NCBI RefSeq assembly: GCF_009914755.1
Contig: NC_060935.1
Direction: 5' to 3' (one strand)
DNA length: 64,000 bases
From: the human T2T-CHM13v2.0 reference genome, Homo sapiens
Shown: positions 42,170 to 55,355 of the stretch, in pieces
How positions within the stretch are numbered: the stretch's first letter is position 1
Layout of the letters: every line of letters begins with the position of its first letter
The notes under the pieces: model-generated
Told to the model about the DNA's origin: nothing
Databases searched by the model: none
Seen by the model: the letters and a program-made list of their open reading frames with translations, nothing else
Made by a program: the position numbers and the translations under genes

Positions 42170-42626
42170 CTGTATTGAGTCTGGAGACGCCTTTTGTGTC
42201 TGCGGTGGATTCTGTAGGCACCAACTGGGTCCCTGCTTCATGACTAAAGCTCTTATTTCTCCAGCTGCTGAGTGTGTCACATGCTGATGGCTTCTGCTGA
42301 GCCTCTTTCCTTGGACTTGCTGTTTGTAGAAGGGAAAATCTAGTTTATGCCCCCTCCCTAGGGCAAGACACATTCAATGACTGGTTGGTTTGAGGGTACC
42401 AAAGTGAAGGCACCCTGTCTTGCCTGGGAACATCTCTGAAGGACCATCCCAGCTCCAGGGATCCTTCTGGAATTGGCACATCCCCTGTTGCAAGTGCATT
42501 ACCATTTCATTTCTGCCTCTGTCCAACTCTGCCTTCCTTATCCTCTGAGTTATTCTTCACAACGCTGCCCAATAAACCAATGCACTTTCACCTAGAGTCT
42601 GTTTCCAGGAATCTTGACCTAAGACA
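42170..42626 (+). mobile_element. LTR16A-like LTR, probable 3' LTR of the ERVL remnant
   Basis: ccatcccagctccag...cccaataaac...agagtctgtttccaggaatcttgacctaagaca. Confidence 0.75.
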
Positions 42627-42629
42627 GGG

Positions 42630-43110
42630 CTCTACATCACCTCCTCTGAGCTCACCTCTGAGTTTAGCAACAGCTTCAGTGGATACTACCATGCAAGCTC
42701 AGACTTACCTCACACCGGCCAGGCCCCACCTCAACCATGGGCTTCACATCTATTCACTTTCATGAGGACCTAGGGCCCTCATCAGCTCTGTGAGAAGCCA
42801 CTTGGTCTTTACATATGCAGAGCCTGGAAACGCAGACGAACTATTGACCTCAAGTGAGCAAACCTAAACTGAGGGGGTATGGGAACTGAGAGGTAAATCA
42901 TCCAGCCTCCTGTCCCTCAGATGAGTCATCCTGGGATGTGGTCTAGACACCACTCAGAAGGCTGCAGCAGAATATAGCCCCTGAGGCCCAAAGCAGCAAC
43001 CTCAATAATATACCTTTATATTGACTTTTCCTCCCCAATCTCTGCTTACTGGGATTATCTCCTTATAACTAAGTCCTTCTCTCAGGCTCTGCTTGGGGAG
43101 AGACCATACT
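42630..43110 (+). mobile_element. LTR16C-like LTR
   Basis: aataatatacctttatattgac...ctgggattatctcc...ctcaggctctgcttggggaga. Confidence 0.6.
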
Positions 43111-43436
43111 TCCAGGTACCACCATTAGCTAAGTGGTTGTTGCTATCTCCTACAGCTTTATCTTTCTCAAAACAGAGAAATTTGGGGGAAGTGGGCAACT
43201 CACAAATTCTTTTTGATGGGTATATAATGAAAAGGAAAATGTCATATGTCAAAACCTACTATGTGCTGGGACCTATGTCAGGGATATAGCAATGAGTAAG
43301 CTGAAACATTTTCCCAGAGGAACCTTGCATTCAGTAAGTGTGGATGGCCAGGGTAAGATGTAGGAATGAGATACACATTGAAAGGTGAAGTGGGAAGAGA
43401 CCAAGGAAAGAATGGTTCCCTCTCATTAGAAAATCA

Positions 43437-43862
<426 letters not shown>

Positions 43863-44159
43863 CTAGGATCATTGGGAAAAGCCCAGTTGGGATGAGGTGT
43901 CAGGTGTGGGAATGAAGGTCATTGAAGATACAGCTGGAGGTGAGGACTGTGTTGGGAACTCTTGGGTGCCAGAAAGTGGATCCTGGGCATTGTTCTTCTT
44001 TCAGACATGGTCTATTGAGGTGCTGGAAGTTATATAGCCTTCAGGATATACACTAAGGCCCACTTAACAAGAAGTGGGGAGAAGTATCCTGACATACAAA
44101 CCAGCAGGTTTTTCGTTGGTACCAGGAGAAAGTGTGTGGTAGCTGGCAGGCAACTAATC

Positions 44160-47100
44160 AAAAGAGCTAGCATTTATTGAACAGTTATTATATACCAAAC
44201 AGTGATCTTTATATGCATTATATAATGTAATCCTCACAGCAACCTTATGAGATTGGTCCTTATAATATCTCTACTTTACAGGCAAGGAAACAGAAATTTA
44301 AAAAGGCTAAGTAACTCCCCCCGCTCACCCCGGGTCTTAGCCTTATAGCTGTTAATGTGATCCATGCAGACTGACACGTCCATGCCCAGAATTTAACCAT
44401 GATGCTGGCTGGGTGAGGTGAGGGCTAGGCAAGACTAGCATCAGCCAGAGCTTTTGAGCACGGTCCAACACCCAGAGGCCCTTTGTTCATCACAGGGTGT
44501 TGTGGTGGGGGAGGTGTTAGGAATGGAAAGTGGAAGTGAGGTCTGACCCCTAATTTCAGGATGAGGGAGGGAGGTAGCACCATTTTACCATTACTAAAAC
44601 AGTCTTCCTAACCTTCTCTAGGTTTGAGCTATTTGATGGCTGCATATTTCATCCCTCTCTTTTCAAGCCTGCAAGCAGAGTAGGAATTCTCCATTCTGAG
44701 CTGGGATTTCATGCTTACCTTTATAGCTCCTTGCAACCATTGCTGCCACTGGCTTTGAATCTCTCAGTTTCCATCTCTTCAAATACCTGTATCTTTAGCC
44801 CCTTTAAGATGCTAATAATTTATTTATGAAGCATTATTCAAGCATAGATCCATCTGCTCCATGATGTTCACTCATTAATAATAATAACAATAGCTAACAC
44901 AAATACCTATATGCATCTTATTTAATTCTCATAACAAACTTCCTTGTGAGGTAAGTATAGTATTACTATCTCCATATTTCAAACAAGGAAGCTGAGATAC
45001 AAAGAGGCAAGATAATGAGTGCAAAGTCACTCAGTTGTAGAGAGTTGAAGAAATTGATAGAGCCATTTCACTAAGTCTACTTGAAAGCACCATTAAGCTG
45101 CTGAAAAGTCAGCTGGGGTGATTGGGTACTCTCTGGGCTCTCATCTCTGGAACTCTCTCACGACAGGCATTGTTCCTGCCAGCAAGATCATACAGATATG
45201 CTTGTTTACTGAGTGCCTTTTATGAGCCCAGACCCTTGTCACACATTGTGTCATTTCACCCTTACAATGCCCTGCCAAGAAGGTATGGCTAACATTATCT
45301 CCATTTGATAGATTAAGAACCTGAGAGTCAGACAGTATTATTAACTTAAGTTCACACAATTGTTCTCAAAGGGCTCATAGTCTAGACAGGGGATAAACAC
45401 ATTCTTTAAAATAAGTAGATACAATACAGCATGGTCAGCTGATCATTAAGAGCTGTGAGAGCACCCAGGAGGGAACAGTGGTCTCAGCATGGCCATAGCA
45501 GGAGAAGGAGGGAGGATATAGAAGAAGAGTCTGGAAAGGTGTCCTGAGGTGGCATTTTTGCTGAGTTTCTAGGGAGAGGAAGCATATTCTAGGGGAGGAA
45601 GTGGGAGAACGGCATTCCAAGGAGTCCAGGGAAAACTGTCCGGTGAGCTAGTGGTGGGTAAAGGTTGGCATATTCGAGAAGGATGAGTTTTCAGGCATAA
45701 CAAGAGCACTGGATGCAATGAGGAGATGTAACTGTGGAGAGTAAAGCTGGGGTAAGATCCTGGAGGACCCTACAAGTGCCGCCAAGGAGTTTGGATGGTA
45801 TCCTGGAAATTACGGGAAACTTTTCAAGTCCTGGAGGAATGTGAGAAGATTTCCATAGGCATCATCCAGAGTGGAAGTGGGGATGCAAATGGAGAAGAAG
45901 GAAAAACAGAAGAAACATTTAAGGGGTCAAATAAAAATGTCCTGGGGCTTTTGGTGTCCCAAGACATCAAAATGGCTTGGGATGGGTATGTAATGACTAT
46001 GAGCAAGGACTTCAACAATGACCCTCCAGTTTCCATATCTGGAGATTGGATGGATGGATGGTGGCATTCATTGAATTAAGAAGGAACAGCATGAGGGAGA
46101 GTGATATTGAAATGGCATGTATCAGCTGAACTTGAGGAGCCATGAGATTCCAAGGGGAAGCTGTCCAGGAGGTCAGCGGACCTGAGAAGTGGGAGAGATA
46201 GATTGAGTTAATCTGCTCAGCAGATGATTATGGAGTGTTTATCAGGTGCCAAGCACTGTGCTTAATGCTGTTGATTGAGTCGGATGGTTCAGGATCCCAC
46301 TCTGGAAGCTCATAGTCTATAAGGAAAGTGGACCAGCAAGTGTCCTGCCATGTCACAGAAGCCAAGGCATGTCCTGAGTCTAAGACAGAAGCATAAAAGA
46401 AGTGATGCCTAACTCTACTGTTCAGGGAATAGTTTTTTAAAAAAAGGCTTTATGCTTTATATGGGAAGGACCTGAGATCTGAGTCTTGAAGGAACAGAAG
46501 GAGTTCACAGCCAGACAATGGAGGAAAGGGCATTCTAGGTAGAGGGCACAAGCACATAAAGGTACATGGAGCCTGCATTCTCAGTATGCTTGGCAGTGGA
46601 TGTGGGAAGTAGGAACAGGAAGGGTTATGAGTTACAATGCTGAGGAGATCAGCAAAGGACAGATGGCAGAGAGTCTCAAATGCTATGTTAAGTGGTTTGG
46701 AATATTCTCTGGAAAGTGGAATCCACTAGAGGAATTTAAGCACGAAAGTTACATGATTGAATTTGGAATTTGGGAGTCAGAGAATAGCAGTCAAAATTAT
46801 AGGAGTAGATCTGATCTTTCAGAAAAAATAAGTAAATAAATTGAAGATTGAAGGTTTATTCCAGAGATAGTCAAAGAACTTCATACCCTCTGGCCCAGGC
46901 TGGCCTTGTTTCAAGTCATTATCATTATTAAAAACTAACTTCTATGAAGCACTTATTCGGTGCCAGACACTATTCTAAGCACTTTATATATATTTGCTCA
47001 TTTACTCCTCATAATAACCCCATGAGATAAGTTAACTGGAAAATGATGGGGCCAGGACCTGGAGCTGGGATTTGAACCCAAGTCATAGGGCTTCAGAACG

Positions 47101-47360
47101 GATAAGACTTCTCCACTCAAACATGCAGGCCCCTGCAATAATAATATATAACATTTGTGAAGTCTTAATAGGTATCAGGTGCCTTATTTGCACTATCTAA
47201 TTTGGTCTTCATAACAACCTCATAACAGATGAGAAAATGGAGACACAGAGGGACACATGCAAGTTATTTAACTCGCCCAAGTTGGAACAACTAATAAGTG
47301 GCCAAATTTAATCCAAGCATTCTGACTCGAAAGACTGTGCATGTAATAACTTTGCTCTGC
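44160..47360 (-). mobile_element. Block of antisense MIR and L2 fragments, with unique spacers
   Basis: MIR ends (tagcatttattgaacag; cacttattcggtgccagacactattctaagcacttt) and purine-rich antisense L2 at 45.4-46.8 kb. Confidence 0.7.
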
Positions 47361-47583
47361 TGACTCTGTAAGTTTTCCATAAATACTAGCTGAATTGATA
47401 GATGGGTGGTTGCAAGAACAATGTTTCTAAGAATTGGCTTCTGCAGCCCTGAGATCCAAGCATCACCAGGCCAAACACCCAGATGGTGATTTTCCACCAA
47501 AGCTGAGGAGCAGAGTGTAGTGCGGCTGGCTCCTACTCCAACTAGCCTGCTTCTGTAGCCTGAACCTTGCAGGGCAGGTGGGC

Positions 47584-47697
47584 ATCAAAGGCTGCGGGGA
47601 CTGGGTGGGACCAGCCTACAGCCCCTTCATTGGTCTGGCCCCATCAAAGCCACCTGTGCCAGACTCTGCTCCATTCCAAGCCTGGGCAGATCAAAGG
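47584..47697 (+). promoter_or_regulatory. Three co-oriented TCF/LEF sites
   Basis: ATCAAAG at 47584, 47643 and 47690. Confidence 0.45.
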
Positions 47698-48987
47698 GCC
47701 CCGCACAGAAGTTGGGTTTCTGGGCAGCTCCGGTTCTGATAATCGATTGTCACTTTGGCAGTGACAGCAGAGTCCAACATGACAAGACTGCCACAGCTAA
47801 GGCTCCTGGGGCAGACATCAGAGCACAGCTCCAAAGGCCGGGAAGCTGTCTGAGGCCCCTCTGGGCCTGCACCCCTGGTGGGAAGAGAGAGAGGAACTAG
47901 AGAGGCCCCTAAGGAAAATGTTTGGAGCAAGATCACTAGAGTAAAGTTGATGCAGGCAAGAAACCTGACCTTGGCATTTATATTCTTGCCATGGAACCAT
48001 GAGATCTGATTACTTCATGTGGCTGGGAACAACTGTTGACCTGCCCACATGTGTTTATTCTCATGCACACACATGCACAAACCTAAATATATACACACAC
48101 TTGAATCACTTGCCCAGACATACATACATTATAAACATAGCCCTACACATGAAGATTCTCACACAAACACAAACAAAAATATTCATATACACATTCTCCT
48201 AATACCCATCACACTTGCCTACATATGTGTGTGCATATATACACATAGCACTATACATACTTACAGATGCAAATATGTAGCCACACACATATACATGCCT
48301 GCTCATTCATGGGGCATACATTTTATAATATATTCTTCCAGTTGCCAGTCTCTATCTCTAACATTTTTCTCTCAAAACGATGAGAATCATCCTCATAAAC
48401 AGGCTTTAAGTGCAGGAATAGCCTATGGTATAGATCCGGCTGCCAGCCATTCTCCAACTCCTCTGCAGAAAAATCTAGAGGAAATGTCCCAAATTGTACC
48501 AAACAGGATTTATGTTAGCTCTTGGAAGGGATTTCCTGCCAATAAGAGCTAATAAAAATATCAGCTTGTTAGAATTCTGTTTATTGAGGAATATTTGGTT
48601 GCCAGAAATTTGAACAATTGGAATATCAATTTTGCCTCAGTTGTATGCTCTGAATCAATAGATTTTAAAAATATATATTCTGAATCAATAGATTTTTTTA
48701 AAAAATATAATGGCATAGCTATAAATCAGACGGATTTATTATAATTTGGGGAGCTGAAAATGCTTTAGTTTAAAAGGCAATTAACATCAGAGTTCAGTTT
48801 CATTGAAGATTTAACAAATGAGCATAATTAGGGCATTTGAGTTAGGATAGTGTTTAAGCACCTTCTTGCTCATAATAAAATCACATAACTGAGAAAAGTA
48901 GCATGGGGTGCTTTGAAACCAGCCTAGGTATCGTCTCCTCCAGGAAGTCCTCCCTGACTCTTCCCTGCCTAGACTGGAGTGGGCTTT

Positions 48988-49430
48988 TGCAGTTGACAGT
49001 GTGTGTGCTGTGCCACCCAGGCACCCTTCAGGACACAGGCTCTCAACCCCTGGGCGCTAGTATTGGGTGCTAATAAGTCACAGGAGAATCTCTCTCCAGG
49101 ACTTGCTCCCAGCAAAAAGAAGCCAACTCACCCATGGTTATGCCCCATCCCCGGGGCAGTGTGCCACTATAATGACTGGTTGATGTGGAGCTACAAAGGT
49201 CTGGACCTTTTGCTTAAATGAGACAATAAGAAAGGGTTGTCCCAGTTCCCAAGCTTCCTGTGGGATCAGCTAAGCCTCTGTTGTGACCGCATCACAGCAC
49301 AACTTCTCCCTCTCCAGGCTGCATTCACTCCTTCAAAGGTGTTGTTTCTGAGAATGCACCCCAATAAACCTCCTGCACCCAAATCTTAAAAGACTTAGAA
49401 ACCATCTCCCAGCAAACTTGACCAATGGCA
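48988..49430 (+). mobile_element. LTR16A-like solo LTR
   Basis: aatgactggttgatgtgg; caacttctccctct; ccccaataaacctcctgcacccaaatc. Confidence 0.8.
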
Positions 49431-49499
49431 GTGTCTTTTCTCAGTGCACCCACGTTTTTGTGTATTCCTCTCCTTTTGTCACAGCCAATACCCAAATGT

Positions 49500-50400
49500 C
49501 AGCAAATATATTAAAGAAATATCCCTAATCTCATCTCTCATTGCCTCCTTGGCTACGGCTCCAGTACCAGGTGTCCCCTGGCCCATTTGCAATAATCTCC
49601 AAACTGACGGCTCTACTTCTGCTCTTGACCTTCACAGTCTATTCACAGCAAGTTATGGGGTAACCCTGTCAAAACATCATTTAGTCAAGTCAATTCTTTG
49701 CACAGAATCTTTTCGTGGCTTCCTATCTTTTTTAAAAAACATCCAAAGTCTTTACCATGCCTGCTGGACCTCCATCCTCCATGACCTGGCCCTCTTCTCC
49801 CTCTATGCCTTCATCTGCTCCTTCTTCCTCCTTCATTCATTCCCCTCCAGTCCCTTTCCTGCTGTTCCTTTCCTGCTGTTCCTTCAACACACAAGGCCCA
49901 CTCCTCCCTCAGGGATCTTTGCACTTGATGTTCCCCCTCCCTGGACTCCTGGGACTTATTCCTTTAGTGCATTTAATTCTCTCCCAAATGCCACCTTATC
50001 TGAGAGGTCTTCTTTAGCTTATCTAAAATGCCACAGTTCCACACCTGCTGCACTCTGTCCCCTTTCCTTCCGGACATTTCTTCATAGGACTTATCACCAC
50101 CTAACATATTATATACTCATTTATTATCTGTGTTTCCCAAAACTGAGAGCATGGACTTTGACCTACTTGTTGCTATGTTCCCAGTACCAGACATCGAGTA
50201 AGATCTTAATAAATATTTGTTGAATAAATTAATTGGTTTATAATGTTCTTTTGTGTGTCTGTCTCCTTCACTAGACTGTGAGCAACTGGGCTCAGTACCG
50301 GATCTTGTTTCTTTCAGCATAGTAAGTACCAAGCCCAGAGCCTGGAACATGCTAGGTGAGGCAAGCAATAATATTTGAGATGAATGTACGAACAAATGGA
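49500..50400 (+). mobile_element. L2 3' end plus a second L2 tail
   Basis: ccaaagtctttaccatgcc, ctgttccttcaacacacaagg, tail taataaatatttgttgaataaat; second tail to about 50400. Confidence 0.85.
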
Positions 50401-50599
50401 TGAGACCAATGTTGCAGCAAGCAACATTAGTCCTCTTTGGATCTCACTGTTCTATGTTAAATAAAAATGATACTACCATATACCCTATCTACCTCAAGAG
50501 GTTTTTGTTAAAAGTTAATAATACACTATACCAACCTCAAAGGCACTTCTGAATAGCCAGGGGTTCCATATCCACGCAAAAGTTTCTGATTAGTCTTTG

Positions 50600-50897
50600 T
50601 GTACTGGCATCCACGGGAAATTGGTTCCAGGCCCCCCTGCGGTTACTGAAATTTGTTCATGCTCAAGTTGCTTATATAAAATGGTATAGTATTTGCATAT
50701 AAGTCCCACACATACTCTCATATACTTTAAATCATCTCTAGATTACTTATAATACCTAATACAATGTAAATGCTATGTAAATAGTTGTTGTATTGTTTTC
50801 TTATGTATATTATTATTTATTGTTATATTATTATTTTTTCAAATGTTTTTGATCCAAGGTTGATTGTGGAACCTACAGATGTGGAAAGCTAACTTAT
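50600..50897. mobile_element. MER2 (TcMar-Tigger)
   Basis: tatactttaaatcatctctagattacttataatacctaatacaatgtaaatgctatgtaaatagttg. Confidence 0.9.
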
Positions 50898-52679
50898 AGG
50901 GCCTGAAGGAAGATAAATCAGAGCTTCCAGATCCCATGAGGACTCTATGATGGAAGATTTAGCCAACATCTCCAGGCTGCTTTGAACCATAGACATTAGG
51001 CCTTTAAGATATTATCTTTATAAAGCAAGGGTTTTGTATGCTTGCTGCCTAATAATTTCAGATCTTCTCTTCAATCAGCCTATGAATGTTTTCACTGTAA
51101 GAGATAATATACCAATGACAGTAAAAACAAGTAATAAAATGGGAAGAAAAAGCTGTCTAATAAATTATAGAACCAAAGCAGATTTCAGAAACTAGCATTT
51201 ATCAGTCAAGTACTATAGACAGGGAGCTGACATAGAAATCCAGGTTTGGAACAATTCAACAGTGCTCTGAAACAGGGATAGTGGTGGTGGTACAAATCAT
51301 GCCTTGTACAAAGCAGAGTCCCTTGAGCTCTCTGCCATTTAGGCCAGTGCTCCAAAGATCTCCTACATTGTGGCATGTTGGCTTGTTCCTAAGAAGACTG
51401 CTTTATGGGATTTCATACATACATGCACATACTCAACACAACCAAATAAAGTTTTATAAGCAAGAAAGAAGCCCCTCCTCCCAATTTCTGCCTTTCACTT
51501 TACTAGTCCTGGTTGATGGAATCTGTAGTTAGTTACTGAATCCAGTTCTATGTGTCACTGTTGCAGCCTGGGATCCTCATCAAAGGTATGAAGGCTGACA
51601 TGATCCTTATCTCACTGTCAATGATTTAAGATAAACATGGCTCCCATGAATGGATTGCAGTTGTTACCCTGCATCTCAGTCTTCTCCCCATCTTGGGGAC
51701 TGTGATGTGCCTGACATTCACTGCCTTGGCCTCTGTGGCAAGCCCCCCTGGCACTTGTTCTTCTGAGACTCCAGTGGAGGTCAAAATGTGGGGATCTAGA
51801 TTCCCCTAAGCAGAACCAATCACTTTACTATGTCCACCATTTTAACATTTGGGTCTTTTCCATAACAGCTTCTTTGCTATGCTTAGAGCTGCTTTTTCCT
51901 CTTCCGGGCTCTCATGAGTCCCAACTGAGCAGCACTCCTACTGCAGGATTGATCATGCAAGGGCTTGGATGTGAGCTGATCCGTTTCACTTCCCTACTCC
52001 TTTGTTGGCGTCCTCTAGCATCCTAGCCTTGAAATGGACTCTGGGTTGAGTCATCTTGATTTCCATGAAATTCCCCAGCAGGCTTTAGTGTCTATTCATT
52101 TCAGAAAAAGTCAGGAGCCTAAGTAAATAACAAAAAGAGGCCAGATATCAGGTAAGTCCACAATAATTTGGTACCCTTGATTCGGTTCTATATGACATGG
52201 ACCAGCCATAGCTTACCCTGGCAGATGGTGGCTGGTTCTAGGCAAGGTGATAAAATTCATGCGAAGCTAAACAATACCTGAAAGAGACACAGAAAACATC
52301 TCTCTTCCTTATCCTCCAGATTTTACCAGTTGCCAAAACATTTGGATTCTGATCCTTGAAGCTCTCTCTAATCTACTCCCTCATTGCCTCCCCTACTGCC
52401 ACTGTCATGATCCAGACCTTCAGATAGCCTGCATGTAAAACAGAATAGTAATTTGAAATATTAACCCCAGTGCTTTTGTTCCCATTATTATTTCTACACA
52501 TCCATGGTCTTTCCTCCATTAAAACTAGAACATAAAGCCTGAGCATCCATTGCATCAGAGAAAGGTAGCTATAACGGAAATACAAAGAGAAACAAGCAAA
52601 TTAATTATTGATTCAACAGCCAAAATCCTAGCCTGAAGAGTAGACTAGAAAGGATACTTACAGAAAGCATAAAGTTTAA

Positions 52680-53340
52680 AGATCTGGTAGAATTGGCAGA
52701 TAGTCAGAAGATTAATCAAGTGAACACCTGTCTGGACCCCTGAGAGGGGTCTCTGTGCCCTGCATGCCTGGTCTGAGCCCAAGAGTGGGAAGCGGGGGAT
52801 AGTTCTCCCCTTCATTTCAAGGAGCTGAGGACAAAGAGAGCCTGTGCTCCCCTTCCCATTTTCTGCCTGGAAAGATGGAAACCTCCAGAATTTTCCCGTT
52901 AGCTACCAGGGAACAGAACAGGAAGGTTAGGTGTAGTTGCTTCAGACATCTAGGCTTAGGACGTAATTCAGCCCTTTTGCATTCCCCCACAAAGCATAGG
53001 CTGGGGAAATAGTAGAGTCTGGACCTCCCTATCTAGAAAATGAAAAGGCCACATGATGATCTTAGTGAAAAAGTGACCCGGAAGGCCCTGGATGTCAAAG
53101 TGTGAATAGATGATAGCCCTTGCCAACCTCCAACTCTAACTCTCATTCCATGACTTGATGCTATACAATCCATTCCTCCTGTAGAACTTAGCTGCTACCA
53201 TGGGGAGAAGGAAGAGATGGAGAAATCCCTGAACTAAGATTAAATATCTGCCAACAACGGACTTGGGTTCAAGTTTATAGAAAATTCGCTTCTTTTCTGC
53301 ACACCTGATCTTATGGGTTAGGAAACTATACCAGCTACCT
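52680..53340 (+). mobile_element. Ancient LTR (MamGypLTR-like)
   Basis: 3' end ctgaactaagatt...ttctgcacacctga...ccagctac resembles MamGypLTR termini; 5' boundary uncertain. Confidence 0.45.
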
Positions 53341-54479
53341 GAAACTATTGCAATACAGTCCTAACTGGTTCCTCAGACACTACTTCTAGCTCCTCCAGTC
53401 TACCCACAGCAACCAGAGGGAACTTTTGAAAACATGGATATAACCACACCTTTACGGGTGAGAAGCCAGATTTTCAAGCAGGGAGATGTGTTCACATCCC
53501 GGCTCTGCCATATGTCAACTGTGTGACCTCAGGCAAGTTATCCAACCTTTGTGAGCCTCATTTCTCTCATTCCATTATGAAATAGAAGAATCCCAAGGCT
53601 GCTTCATTGAATGCCATTGGGATTCCATGAGATGATGGAGGTCCTGGCACAGCTTAGAAATTCAGTTAATATTGGCTGGTCCTTACTGTATCATGTTGTT
53701 AATCACCTCCTTAGCTTTGTGCACGTGCTCCTCCTTTCCTTCCTCCTAAAAGAAAACCAGAAACCATCTCCTCTATCAATTTATTCCCTGAGGCATAAAC
53801 TGGGCTGCCTTCCTATGTGCCCCACAGGGTAGGTTTAGGGATTTCTTAGTGAGTGGTATACCTTCAGTCTTCCAAGCCCAGCTTAATCATAGTATTCATC
53901 ACATATCATCTGGTGACTTCCCCATGTTCTTCAAAGGCCAGAAATAATTCTTGATCTCTGGGCCCCCTTATAACCTTGACCACCCCTTACCCTGGAGAGT
54001 GCCCAAGGGACAAAAGAAAGCTCTTCTTAAAGGCCATGGGTAAGGGAGGGGTCAGGGGTCAGGTTGAGGAAGAAGTGAGCTTGCAGTCTTGCCCTCCTAT
54101 GAGAGTCCTCCAGCCTGAGCCATGGGCCTAAGGCAGACTGGATCCCAGCAGGCTGGGACACAGGGTTTCCAGGTCAACTTTTATCTTCCCACATGGTATT
54201 TGTTCCTTTGATCCTTGAGCAGATCAAACAAAGCTCACTAATCAATGGCTTCCCTCCCTGCCTTTCAGAGCAGATCCTCAAACACAGCCTGCATCTCTCC
54301 CTGCTCCCCTCCCACCCTCCAGTTTTCCAGCCAGAGGCATTTGCTCTAAGGCCCAGGCTGTGGCCCACCTATCACCGCTACCCAAGTAGTACAGGTATGA
54401 TTGTCTGTTTACTTTCTTTAATTCAAATCGCACTAGAGAAATTTCAGGACTCACTCACTGATAAATCATGGTTACTTAC

Positions 54480-54556
54480 CTCTTGTCTAGGCCCTTGGGC
54501 AAGGGTGCATTGATGCATCTACTATGATTGCCTGGTTATCTTGGTCTTGGAAGCAC
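54480..54556 (-). other. Candidate 77-nt exon
   Basis: Minus strand: ctctgtttatctttctctgggttctttcattactag|GTGC...AAGAG|gtaagt. Confidence 0.3.
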
Positions 54557-54806
54557 CTAGTAATGAAAGAACCCAGAGAAAGATAAACAGAGCTGAGGGA
54601 GTCAAGGTTAATCTTTCTGAGCCTATTTCTTCCTTTATGTAACTGGGATATTGTTTCCTGCCCCAACTACTTCACAAGGCTGAAATGAGGATTAAGCAAG
54701 TTAATGGCTGTCAAGGTCCACCAGGAAGGATGGAGTTCTAGATACATATTGGGTTCCTCTAGTCCTTACATATTGCAAAAGACTTGGGTAAAGCTTCTGG
54801 AAGAGC

Positions 54807-54926
54807 TAGGCTGACCAATCTTCCTGACTTACCCAGGACTGAGGGATTCCTTGGGATGCTGGAATTTCTGTACTAAAACCAGGAAAATACAAGGCAAACC
54901 TGGTTGAGGTTGAGTTGGTCACTCTA
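54807..54926. mobile_element. MER81 (hAT-Blackjack MITE)
   Basis: TIRs taggctgaccaa / ttggtcactcta. Confidence 0.8.
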
Positions 54927-54952
54927 CACAGAGGTAGCACTTAACCAGTGTC

Positions 54953-55355
54953 TGTCCTGGGCTATAATGGTGTCCCTCCAAAACTCATGTTGAAGCCCCA
55001 GTACTTTAGAATGTGACTGTATTCGAAGATGGGGCAATGAAAGGAGGTGATTAAGTTAAAAGGAGGCCATCAGGGTGGGCTCTATTCCAATCTGACTGGT
55101 GTCCTTACAGGAAAAGGAAATTTGAAGAGGAAAAGAGGCACCAGGGATGAGGACACACCGAGAAAAGACCATGTGAAGACATGGCGAGAAGACAGCCAGC
55201 TGCAAGCCAAGGAGTGAGGCCTCAGAAGAAACCAACCCTGCCGACACCTTGACCTTGGACTTCTAGTCTCTAGAATTATGCGAAAATAAATTCCTGTTGT
55301 TTAAGCCACCCACTCTGTAGTATTTTGTTATGGCAGCCCCAAGCAAACTAATACA
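54953..55355 (+). mobile_element. MLT1B solo LTR
   Basis: agaatgtgactgtatt...gaagaaaccaaccctgccgacaccttga...gcaaactaataca. Confidence 0.9.

Noticed and set aside
48049-48552. 167-aa His/Thr/Ile-rich ORF
   Set aside because: Translation of degenerate CA/TA low-complexity sequence; a similar tract lies at about 23750-23990.
49444-50223. Longest ORF (259 aa)
   Set aside because: GTG start, lies over a decayed pyrimidine-rich L2 3' end, and shows no protein motif.
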